Positions 8,740-16,836 of a DNA stretch of 32,000 nt are shown piece after piece; position 1 is the first letter of the stretch, and the number at the start of each line of letters is the position of its first letter. Under the pieces are notes generated by a model. The model saw only the letters and a list, made by a program, of their open reading frames with translations. It had not been told where the DNA came from and searched no databases. Origin of the DNA: Candidatus Nanopusillus sp. (GTDB lineage: Archaea; Nanobdellota; Nanobdellia; Nanobdellales; Nanobdellaceae); the NCBI GenBank assembly GCA_049414405.1, contig JBMSAQ010000006.1, positions 1-32,000 on the forward strand, given 5' to 3'. A program made the translations under genes and the position numbers.

Positions 8740-9153
8740 ATGGATATATCAAAGATACCTAGATTAGCGATTTGGGTAGGTGTGGCGATTTTTATATTGG
8801 TTGTATTGTATGCAGTATACATATATTATGTAACATCATATTTACCCCCATATTTGAAATATTTTACATATAGTTGTCAACATGCAAATGGAGAATCTTT
8901 AATTATAATTACTGCAAAACAAAATTTGGAAAATGTAGTAGTGTATAATTTTTATAAAAATTCAACATGTGATTTGGGAAATATAAATTATGGATCTATG
9001 AATGGTTGTAGTGTAAATAATAATATCATTGTAGGAAATGCATATGTAAGAGTGCTTTATACTGTAAATGATAACCAATATGAAGCTATCTTACCATGTA
9101 AAATAGTCGAAAGTGGTATGTTAAGTGGACTTTTATCTTTATTTGGTCGTTAA
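8740..9153 (+). CDS. Hypothetical signal-anchored/secreted protein with four Cys
   Basis: The 137-aa product has an N-terminal hydrophobic helix (LAIWVGVAIFILVVLYAVYIYYV). It is followed by a polar, Cys-containing, probably beta-rich domain and a short hydrophobic C-terminus (GMLSGLLSLFGR). Confidence 0.5.
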   Translation: MDISKIPRLAIWVGVAIFILVVLYAVYIYYVTSYLPPYLKYFTYSCQHANGESLIIITAKQNLENVVVYNFYKNSTCDLGNINYGSMNGCSVNNNIIVGNAYVRVLYTVNDNQYEAILPCKIVESGMLSGLLSLFGR

Positions 9154-9356
9154 ATAAAAATTAAAAAATTTTTACATTAATATTTTATATTATTTTTACT
9201 TTATAATTTTTCCATAATTCTCAATATAATTTAAACTTGTCCGATATAAAAGACAATAATATACTAGACCTAGATAGGTCATTAATATAATCTCTTTTAA
9301 TAATTTTCGAGAGTTTAGCTTTTTTATACTTTGGTATATATACTTGCTAAATAATG

Positions 9357-10040
9357 TTAGATTTCATCACTTTTGTTAAGTTGTTCTATATTCCTTTTAG
9401 GACTTTTTAACAGATGTTCTATAATCTCTTTAATGTAATCAGATGCCAGTTGATAAGTATTTCTGTAGTGATCAACTTTTTCTTTAAAATCTGATAGATT
9501 TCCAATTTTTATATATTTGTCAATATCTACATTATTTAATGTTTCTTTAATTTTCTTTTCAAATCTATTATACAAATCGTTAAGTACTGATGAAGATGAT
9601 AAATGTTCTATAACTTCAATTAAATTATTAATTTTCATTTCAAAATAAGATTTGTCAAATTTGATAAAGTTTATTTTCTTTAAGTATTCATCAAAAGCTC
9701 TTAATATACCAGTAGAAAAATAACATTTTTTTGTACATCCTATATAACTATTTATAGTCATGTTATATTCTGCTCTATATGTACAAAGAGTTGTTTTGCA
9801 AATGCCCTGTTTAGATATAATTTGCATTAATTTATCTAATGATGAAACTATTCGATCCAGTTTAATGAGCATTTTAATATCTCTCTTTTCTAATGCTTCT
9901 ATAGCATTATAATATATTTGGCGATTGATCTTTGCTACTATGTCGTTGATATATGCATTACATTGAAGCAGTTCTGCATGAAGTACCTTAAGAAGAAGAT
10001 ATGTATTTAGTATGTTCTCTTCATTATTTTTGTCCACCAT
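9357..10040 (-). CDS. Hypothetical all-helical protein, single-module member of a local paralog family
   Basis: The 227-aa product shares segments with the modules of the neighbouring 411-aa ORF. IVSSLDKLMQIISKQGICKTT aligns with ALPSLSKLIKNLEKFGECKSF, and IKEIIEHLLKSPKRNIEQL aligns with EKIKHLLMNYFRSPEEYEDQI. It has the same upstream element as that gene. Confidence 0.6.
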   Translation of the reverse strand: MVDKNNEENILNTYLLLKVLHAELLQCNAYINDIVAKINRQIYYNAIEALEKRDIKMLIKLDRIVSSLDKLMQIISKQGICKTTLCTYRAEYNMTINSYIGCTKKCYFSTGILRAFDEYLKKINFIKFDKSYFEMKINNLIEVIEHLSSSSVLNDLYNRFEKKIKETLNNVDIDKYIKIGNLSDFKEKVDHYRNTYQLASDYIKEIIEHLLKSPKRNIEQLNKSDEI

Positions 10041-10060
10041 AACTAAATTAATTATTAAAA

Positions 10061-10096
10061 ATATTTTAAATCTGTTATTATTAAATAGTAATCATA
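10061..10096 (-). promoter_or_regulatory. Promoter of the 227-aa paralog: TATA-like TTTAAAA plus conserved 22-nt upstream element (copy A)
   Basis: The plus strand reads ttttaaatct at 10064-10073, about 27 nt from the ATG at 10040. It is followed by ttattattaaatagtaatcata at 10075-10096, which is identical to 11557-11578. Confidence 0.55.
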
Positions 10097-10274
10097 ATAG
10101 TAATGTCATTAAAATAATTTAAAATATATTGCAGAGCTAAATCAAGATAAAAAAGTACAAGAGCTGCCTATTCTGTGCAAGTTCTTTACTCACTTGTATA
10201 ATTCTTTCTCTTATATATGTTCTGTATATACTCTTTTAGTTCTTTACTCCAGCCTTTTATGCTGCTTTATTAAA

Positions 10275-11510
10275 CTACTTTAAAGACTTCCCTACATATT
10301 TCATACTCAAGCTTCCTAAAGTAACTACATATTTCATAATTTGGTCTTCATACTCTTCAGGGCTCCTAAAGTAATTCATTAGGAGATGCTTAATTTTTTC
10401 ACCTGCATGTATACGTGCACTTACATGTGCTTTTCTTACTTCATATGGAGATATGGTTTGATAATTCTTATCTTTTAGCATCTTCTTTAATGTAGTTTCT
10501 TTTACTTCTTTATAATATTTATATAAACCCTCTATTATTTCTTCGCCTCCATTTGCTAATTTTTCTAAACCTTTTTTAAATCTTTCAATTTCCTCTGGTG
10601 AGTGCTTATACTTTGATACTGACCATTCTAGAAAACTTTCCATGAAGGAACCCATAAAGTAATATATATCTGCATATTCTCTGAGAATTTTTGGATCATT
10701 AGTTAAAAGATTAATTTTGTTCAATTTTCTTAAGTTTTCAATTAATGTTGCTAATGATGGTAAAGCTTCTCGTATTACTACTCCGTGTGCGTTTATTATA
10801 GAAGATGCATAAAGATCATAGTTTCTTATGACTTCCTCTAATTCTTTTCTTATTTCTACTTCATCTATTTCTGCTTTTTTGCTACCTATAGAAGATGGTA
10901 TTTTTGAAAACGCTTCTTTCAATACAGATAGATATTTTGCTACTGATGGTTTTTTTCCTAAATATTTGCTAAGTTTTTTTCCATAATTTTCAGGATCATC
11001 CAAATATCGAACTATAAGAAACGTAATAGCTCGAACTTCGGGTACTATTTCAAATATATCTTTATCTATATCTTTTTTAGATATTGGGATGGTTTTAAAT
11101 AAGTGGTATAGATTATACAAATCTTCTATTACTTGTTTGCCTCCATTTGCTAAAGCTTCTAAACTTTTTATAAATTCTTCAATTTCTACTGGTGGACGCT
11201 TCTTTATAGTATAATGATGAATACCTTTAAGTATGCCTCTTTTAAAGTTATATTCATCTATACACTTTCGGAGAGTTTTTGGATCATTGGTTAAAAAACT
11301 TTTACATTCACCAAACTTCTCTAAATTTTTTATTAGTTTTGATAACGATGGTAATGCTTGTGGTGCATTTTTTAATACTCTTTCGAGTGCATCGCCCTTT
11401 GTAGATAAATAAAGTGCGTATTCAAACACAGCTTTATGTAATGCCTTCCTTACTGATTCTTCTAATGTTTTAGATTGATTTTGATTTGAAGATAAGGGTA
11501 TTCCTTCCAT
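10275..11510 (-). CDS. Hypothetical all-helical protein built from two tandem ~197-aa modules
   Basis: The 411-aa product contains an internal repeat. ALPSLSKLIKNLEKF (52-66) matches ALPSLATLIENLRKL (249-263), LTNDPKTLRKCIDEY matches LTNDPKILREYADIY, and LEALANGGKQVIEDLYNLY matches LEKLANGGEEIIEGLYKYY. The offset is constant at about 196-198 residues. It ends with TAG. Confidence 0.65.
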   Translation of the reverse strand: MEGIPLSSNQNQSKTLEESVRKALHKAVFEYALYLSTKGDALERVLKNAPQALPSLSKLIKNLEKFGECKSFLTNDPKTLRKCIDEYNFKRGILKGIHHYTIKKRPPVEIEEFIKSLEALANGGKQVIEDLYNLYHLFKTIPISKKDIDKDIFEIVPEVRAITFLIVRYLDDPENYGKKLSKYLGKKPSVAKYLSVLKEAFSKIPSSIGSKKAEIDEVEIRKELEEVIRNYDLYASSIINAHGVVIREALPSLATLIENLRKLNKINLLTNDPKILREYADIYYFMGSFMESFLEWSVSKYKHSPEEIERFKKGLEKLANGGEEIIEGLYKYYKEVKETTLKKMLKDKNYQTISPYEVRKAHVSARIHAGEKIKHLLMNYFRSPEEYEDQIMKYVVTLGSLSMKYVGKSLK

Positions 11511-11532
11511 TAAGTAAATATATTACTAAAAA

Positions 11533-11578
11533 GATTTTTAAATCTATTGTTACTATTTATTATTAAATAGTAATCATA
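11533..11578 (-). promoter_or_regulatory. Promoter of the 411-aa paralog: TATA-like TTTAAAA plus conserved 22-nt upstream element (copy B)
   Basis: ttttaaatct at 11536-11545 lies about 29 nt from the ATG at 11510. An 11-nt insert (attgttactat) follows, then ttattattaaatagtaatcata at 11557-11578, identical to copy A. Confidence 0.55.
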
Positions 11579-11628
11579 CTAACATATTCTTAAACATAAT
11601 TTTAATATCCTAACTAAAAATATAAATA

Positions 11629-12855
11629 ATGGTTGAACCATGGATAAAAAAATATGCACCTAAACATATTAATGAAATAATTAATCAAGCAGAAGCTGTT
11701 GGAAAAATAAAATCTTTTATTGAAAAATATCCAAATGTGGATAAAAAAGCATTATTATTATATGGACCTCCAGGTGTTGGAAAAACATCATCAATATATG
11801 CAATTGCAAATGATTTAAATTATGAAGTTGTAGAAATAAATGCTTCAGATAATAGAAATGCGAGAGCTATACATGTAAAATTAGGAGAAGCAATAAAGGG
11901 AAAACCTTTTTTCAAAAAGGGAAGGATAATATTGGTTGATGAAGTTGATGGGTTAGCAGGATTTCAAGATAGAGGAGGAATAGGGGCATTAATAAAAATA
12001 ATAGAAGAATCAAGATGGCCAATAATATTAACTGCAAATGATCCATGGGATCTTAAGTTTAAAAAATTAAGAGATGTATGTAATGTGGTTGAATTCAAAA
12101 AATTATCAAATACAGATATAATAAGACAGTTAAGAAGAATTTGTGCAAGTGAAAAAATAACAATTGATGATAATGCATTATCTGCACTTGTAGAAAGATC
12201 TTCTGGAGATTTAAGAAGTGCAATAAATGATCTGCAAGCATTGGCAACAATGAGCAATCATATTACCTTAAAAGACTTAGAAGTTTTGGGTTATAGAGAA
12301 AGAGAGATTACAATATTTAGAGCATTGGGTCAAATGTTTAAAGCAACTACAATAATGGGGTCTACATTACCATTTGCTGATGTAGATATGGATCCTGAAG
12401 AAATTAAGGCATGGGTTGAAGAGAATATATCGAATGAATATGAAAATATAAAAGAAATATATGAAGCTTATAATTGGTTATCATTGGCAGTTATATTTTA
12501 TGGAAGAATTTATAAAAGACAATATTGGGATCTATTAAGATATTTTACAACATTAATGTATGCTGGTGTTGCATTGGCAAAAGAAAAGAAATATAATAAA
12601 TTTACAAAGTACAGGATGCCACAGTATGTAAAAAGATTGGCTCAAAATAAAGAAATAAGGGAAAAAATTGAAGAATTGTCAAAAAATTTACAGAAGAAGG
12701 TTCATACATCAAAAAAGAGAGTTAGAGAAGTATATATAAACACATTAATAGTTTTAATGAAAAATAATGAAAAAATAGGGAGAAAATATGCGGAAATATT
12801 GGGATTTAATGAAAATGAAATATCATATATAAAAGCTGCTGTAGAAAAGTTATGA
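11629..12855 (+). CDS. rfcL: Replication factor C large subunit
   Basis: The 408-aa product has WIKKYAPKHINEIINQ, Walker A GPPGVGKTS, VDEVDG, and SGDLRSAINDLQ (sensor-2 region). It ends with a TGA that overlaps the next ATG (ATGA). A TATA-like TTTTAATAT at 11600-11608 lies about 25 nt upstream. Confidence 0.9.
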   Translation: MVEPWIKKYAPKHINEIINQAEAVGKIKSFIEKYPNVDKKALLLYGPPGVGKTSSIYAIANDLNYEVVEINASDNRNARAIHVKLGEAIKGKPFFKKGRIILVDEVDGLAGFQDRGGIGALIKIIEESRWPIILTANDPWDLKFKKLRDVCNVVEFKKLSNTDIIRQLRRICASEKITIDDNALSALVERSSGDLRSAINDLQALATMSNHITLKDLEVLGYREREITIFRALGQMFKATTIMGSTLPFADVDMDPEEIKAWVEENISNEYENIKEIYEAYNWLSLAVIFYGRIYKRQYWDLLRYFTTLMYAGVALAKEKKYNKFTKYRMPQYVKRLAQNKEIREKIEELSKNLQKKVHTSKKRVREVYINTLIVLMKNNEKIGRKYAEILGFNENEISYIKAAVEKL

Positions 12856-13340
12856 AAGAACTAAACAAAAAAATTGTAGAAGAAATATTTAAGAAAATAG
12901 AAGAATACTATAATATGAAGATAGATAAGTCAATAATAAAGAAATATAGATTTTTTATTAATAAGGATAAAATATATATGTTTAATAAGAATTTTCCAGA
13001 CTTTTTGGACGAAAAATATATAAAAAAATATGGTTTGTATGTTATTAAAATAGAAAAAAATAATAGATATAGATTTAGTATAGAAGGAGCACAAATATTT
13101 GGAATAAATTCTAATAAAAATATTGAAATAAAAAAGGAAAATCTTTTTTATAAATCTAATGAAAATATAAAATTGGAAAAAAATTTTGAGAATGGTTTTT
13201 ATATAGCAAAAGATAATAATGATATTTTGGGTAGTGTTTATATTAAAAATAATATATTAAAAGATTTTATACCAAAAGAAAGAAAAATAAATTATACCTT
13301 TACTAAAGATAAGCCAGAAAATACATATGTAAATAAATAA
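12852..13340 (+). CDS. Small RNA-binding-like protein, tentatively Nip7/pre-PUA-PUA family
   Basis: The 162-aa product resembles archaeal Nip7-like proteins in size and layout: an N-terminal helical region, YGLYVIKIEKNNRYRFSIEGAQIFG, and a C-terminal NDILGSVYIKNNILKDFIPKER. The assignment is from memory only. The gene is translationally coupled to rfcL. Confidence 0.4.
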   Translation: MKELNKKIVEEIFKKIEEYYNMKIDKSIIKKYRFFINKDKIYMFNKNFPDFLDEKYIKKYGLYVIKIEKNNRYRFSIEGAQIFGINSNKNIEIKKENLFYKSNENIKLEKNFENGFYIAKDNNDILGSVYIKNNILKDFIPKERKINYTFTKDKPENTYVNK

Positions 13341-14941
13341 TATACTCCAATATTTAATAATGCACTTAACCATATCATAATTGTTGCATCTAAGAACATT
13401 CCTAGTTTAGATCCCCCATCTATGTTTTTTATTATTCCAGCTAATATAAATGCCTCAATAATAGATAAAATAAATATATAATTCTGTATCACATATAGAG
13501 GTATTGAAAATGTATATATATTTATGCCTATTTGAGATACTGCAGTACCAAGTGCTGTGGATATACCTTGAAACATTTGATCTAATAAATATAATATTTG
13601 AACAATTATGAATAGAATTGCTATAAATGCTATATATGTTCCATATATAATACCCCTTAAATTAGATATAAATTGAGATTTTCTTGATCTAAGTTCAATT
13701 ATTTTTATTAATATATTATATAACATATCACCAGCTTTTTTTGTATCCCCATTATATGATAAAACCTTTTCAAATACTTTTATTATTTTTTCTGTAATTG
13801 AACTACCCAATTCAATTATGAAATGTCTCCATGATTCAGAATAATTTTTTGTTATATTCATTCTTTTCCTTAACCTATGAATATCTTCATTTAATAAACC
13901 AAAATCATGTATGACGACATTATCTAATATTTTTGTTTGATTGTTTCCAAATATTTCCGAGTATTCTATTATACTGCTAAAGAATGCTGGGAAATGATTT
14001 TCTTTTATTTTTAATGCTCTTTCTAATAATATCATCCTATAGCTTACATATGCTAATGGAGTGACTGCTATTGCGAATGCCTCCAACAATTGTAATTTTA
14101 ATATTAGAAATAGTATTAAGAATAATATATAGGATATTAGTAACAAAAGATAAAATAAATATCTTATTGTTACATATTCTTTTGGTTTTTCTTTTGAACG
14201 AGACCATAGTCCATCATCAGGAATGTAATATTTTGATACGTAATATATAAGTAAATTAGTTACAACAAATATTATAAAGAAATTTATTAGCAAGAATATT
14301 ATATTTGTGCTTATTAAAAATGGTATAAATAATATTAAAGAAAATGCAAATCCTAAAGATGATAATAAAGATATTATAAATTCATCTAATAATCTTATAT
14401 TTTCTAAACCTTTTTCATAATTTGCTTCATATATTGCCAATTGGGTTTCATATTCCTTATATAAAAATTCTGAAATTTCCTCACCAATATCAATTGAAGT
14501 TGCAAATCTCTCTAGAAAACTCTTAAAATTACTATTTGGAATATATGGTAGGGTATATCTTATAGCTTCTGGAATTGTATAATTATACTTATTTGTTAAA
14601 TAAAGGATCTTTGACATGTAGTAGTTTATATCCTTAAATTCTGCTTTTTCTTCGATTGCAATTTCTAATAATCTTCTAGTATTATTTGTAGAAAATGAAA
14701 GAGAATATAAATATGCTATATAATATAACAAAGATCTATCTAAAGACTTTTTTGTTTTATAATATTCTAGAAATATAACTTCTAATGAAAAAATAATTGC
14801 AGATAAATATAAAACTGGATAGTATATTTTTAATACCGGTAGATAATAACCTATTACAATTATTAATGTAATTATTATACTGAATATTATGGTAATTTTT
14901 CTAAGGCTCTTTTTAATGATATCGTTAATAAGTTCATACAT
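13292..14941 (-). CDS. FlaJ/ArlJ/TadC-like polytopic membrane platform protein (T2SS-F domains), orphan copy
   Basis: The 549-aa product has many TM helices that alternate with two cytoplasmic helical domains typical of FlaJ/TadC (IPEAIRYTLPYIPNSNFKSFLERFATSIDIGEEISEFLYKEYETQLAIYEANYEKGLENIRLL and a second ...WRHFIIELGSSITEKIIKVFEKVLSYNGDTKKAGDML...). No ATPase gene is adjacent. Confidence 0.7.
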   Translation of the reverse strand: MYELINDIIKKSLRKITIIFSIIITLIIVIGYYLPVLKIYYPVLYLSAIIFSLEVIFLEYYKTKKSLDRSLLYYIAYLYSLSFSTNNTRRLLEIAIEEKAEFKDINYYMSKILYLTNKYNYTIPEAIRYTLPYIPNSNFKSFLERFATSIDIGEEISEFLYKEYETQLAIYEANYEKGLENIRLLDEFIISLLSSLGFAFSLILFIPFLISTNIIFLLINFFIIFVVTNLLIYYVSKYYIPDDGLWSRSKEKPKEYVTIRYLFYLLLLISYILFLILFLILKLQLLEAFAIAVTPLAYVSYRMILLERALKIKENHFPAFFSSIIEYSEIFGNNQTKILDNVVIHDFGLLNEDIHRLRKRMNITKNYSESWRHFIIELGSSITEKIIKVFEKVLSYNGDTKKAGDMLYNILIKIIELRSRKSQFISNLRGIIYGTYIAFIAILFIIVQILYLLDQMFQGISTALGTAVSQIGINIYTFSIPLYVIQNYIFILSIIEAFILAGIIKNIDGGSKLGMFLDATIMIWLSALLNIGVYYLFTYVFSGLSLVKV

Positions 14942-15004
14942 ATTTTAATAGTCAATGTGGGTTATTATAAAGATTTAAATATGTTTTATATATAAAATAT
15001 AGCC

Positions 15005-15832
15005 ATGGAAAATATGATATCTGTTTATGATAAGGAAGGTAATAGAATAAAAGAAATAGAATTGCCAGAACATTTTAAATTCGAAATAAGAGAAGATATA
15101 GTATACAAAGTATTTAGAGCATATATGTTAAGTCATAGGGTACCACATGGTTCATATAAGTATGCGGGTATGGAAGCTTCTGCATGGACATCAAAGAGAA
15201 GGTATTCATATAGATCATCATATAAGAGAGGTATATCAAGAGTCCCGAGATCCGTGTTTGCAAAAATTGCTGGTAATTTTATATGGGTAGCTAGAGTAAT
15301 ACCAAATGCTGTAAAAGGAAGAAGAGCACATCCACCAAAACCTGAAAAAAATTGGTATAGAAAAATAAACAAAAAAGAAAAAAGGTTAGCAATATTGTCT
15401 GCAATTTCTGCATCTTCAAATATAGATTATATAAAAAACAGATATACAAAGTCCTTTATTTATTTAAGTGAATCAATTAATACTTTTGGTTTACCAATTG
15501 TTATATCAAATTTAGAAGAATTAAGGAAAGCAAAGGAATATAGAAAATTATTTAATAAATTGAAAATAGAAAAATTTATTGAATATGTAAAAGAGAACAA
15601 AAAACAAAGGGCTGGAAAAGGAAAAATGAGAAATAGAAGAATAAAAAAATATAGAGGAATTTTGTTTGTATTATCGTCAGATTCTGAATTACCGAAGGTT
15701 TCTATTGATGGTGTAGAATTTTCAAAGGTAAGTCAATTAAATATAGAAAAATTGGCTCCTGGTGGTAAATTGGGTAGATTTATTATTTGGAGTGAAAAGG
15801 CAATAGAAAATTTAAGAAATTTATATATATGA
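15005..15832 (+). CDS. rpl4: 50S ribosomal protein uL4 (L4e/L1e type)
   Basis: The 275-aa product begins VYDKEGNRIKEIELPEHF and contains RVPHGSYKYAGMEASAWTSKRR, RAHPPKPEKNW and QRAGKGKMRNRR, all typical of archaeal uL4. A TATA-like ATTTAAAT at 14973-14980 lies about 28 nt upstream. Confidence 0.9.
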   Translation: MENMISVYDKEGNRIKEIELPEHFKFEIREDIVYKVFRAYMLSHRVPHGSYKYAGMEASAWTSKRRYSYRSSYKRGISRVPRSVFAKIAGNFIWVARVIPNAVKGRRAHPPKPEKNWYRKINKKEKRLAILSAISASSNIDYIKNRYTKSFIYLSESINTFGLPIVISNLEELRKAKEYRKLFNKLKIEKFIEYVKENKKQRAGKGKMRNRRIKKYRGILFVLSSDSELPKVSIDGVEFSKVSQLNIEKLAPGGKLGRFIIWSEKAIENLRNLYI

Positions 15833-15841
15833 AATTATAAG

Positions 15842-16102
15842 ATGGATATAAAAGATGTCATACTTTATGCTGAATTAACAGAAAAAGGTATGTACTTGCT
15901 TGATAAATACAATAAAGTTATTTTTATCGTAAATAGATCTGCTACAAAAAAAGATATAAAGGAAGCTGTTGAAAAATTATTTAATGTTAAAGTAAAGAAG
16001 GTAAATACTTTGGTAGATTATAAAGGAAAAAAGAAGGCATATGTTACATTAGAAAAAGAATATAAGGCTCAAGACGTATTATCTAAATTAGGATTAATAT
16101 AA
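15842..16102 (+). CDS. rpl23: 50S ribosomal protein uL23
   Basis: The 86-aa product has KVIFIVNRSATKKDIKEAVEKLFNVKVKKVNTL...KKAYVTL, the typical uL23 pattern, and it sits between uL4 and uL2. Confidence 0.9.
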   Translation: MDIKDVILYAELTEKGMYLLDKYNKVIFIVNRSATKKDIKEAVEKLFNVKVKKVNTLVDYKGKKKAYVTLEKEYKAQDVLSKLGLI

Positions 16103-16103
16103 A

Positions 16104-16835
16104 ATGGGTGGAAATACATTATTACAGCAAAGGTTAGGTAAGGGAAAGAATATATATAAAGTTCCAGATTTTTATTCGATAGGCAAATTTTCTTTAAGAC
16201 CTCTAGATGAAAAAGAAATGAAAGATAAAGTAAAAGGTGTTGTTGTAGATATAATAAAAGATAAAGTTCATTACGCTCCAATTGTTAAAATAAAATTTGA
16301 AACTGGAGAAGCAATTTTGGTTCCTGCTGTTGAGGGTTTATATGTTGGGAAAGAAATTTATGCTGGTGTAAATGCTCCAGTAGAGAATGGAAATATTTTA
16401 CCATTAAAAGTCATTCCAGATGGTTCAAATGTTTGTATGGTAGAAATTTCTCCAGGAGATGGGGGAAAAATTGCAAGAACCTCGGGAACATCATGTATAT
16501 TAGTTCAAAAAACAGATAAGTATGCAATATTAAAATTACCATCTGGAAAAATAAAAATGGTTAATTTATATTCTAGGGCAATATTGGGAACAGTTGCAGG
16601 GGGTGGGAGGACAGATAAACCATTTATTAAAGCTGGAAACAAATATTATTTCAAAAGAGCGCATCATAGAAAATGGCCAATTAGTAAGCCAACTGCAAGA
16701 AATGCTGCCGATCATCCATTTGGAGGTAAACATAAAAGAAATAAAGGTGGAATGACTCCACTACCTAAACATGGATATCCAATAAAGTATGGTAAATACG
16801 GCTCAAGAAGAACTGGAAGAAAGAAAGCTATATAA
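16104..16835 (+). CDS. rpl2: 50S ribosomal protein uL2
   Basis: The 243-aa product has GDGGKIARTSGTSCILV, GRTDKPFIKAGNKYY, and NAADHPFGGKHKRNKG (the conserved HP.GG motif). Confidence 0.95.
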   Translation: MGGNTLLQQRLGKGKNIYKVPDFYSIGKFSLRPLDEKEMKDKVKGVVVDIIKDKVHYAPIVKIKFETGEAILVPAVEGLYVGKEIYAGVNAPVENGNILPLKVIPDGSNVCMVEISPGDGGKIARTSGTSCILVQKTDKYAILKLPSGKIKMVNLYSRAILGTVAGGGRTDKPFIKAGNKYYFKRAHHRKWPISKPTARNAADHPFGGKHKRNKGGMTPLPKHGYPIKYGKYGSRRTGRKKAI

Positions 16836-16836
16836 A

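Noticed and set aside
9267-9280. Palindrome GACCTA-GA-TAGGTC between the convergent genes 8740-9153 and 9357-10040, considered as a possible terminator hairpin or binding site
   Set aside because: It has only a 6-bp stem with a 2-nt loop, which is sterically poor as a hairpin. It is a single occurrence with no flanking T-tract specifically associated, so I cannot distinguish it from chance.
10180-10249. 12-nt direct repeat AGTTCTTTACTC (10180-10191 and 10238-10249), each preceded by TTCTGT, in the 234-bp spacer downstream of the 411-aa gene
   Set aside because: The repeats are short and imperfect beyond 12 nt. No ORF, C/D boxes or tRNA-like structure is associated with them. They may be residue of the local duplication that generated the paralogs, but I cannot support a function for them.
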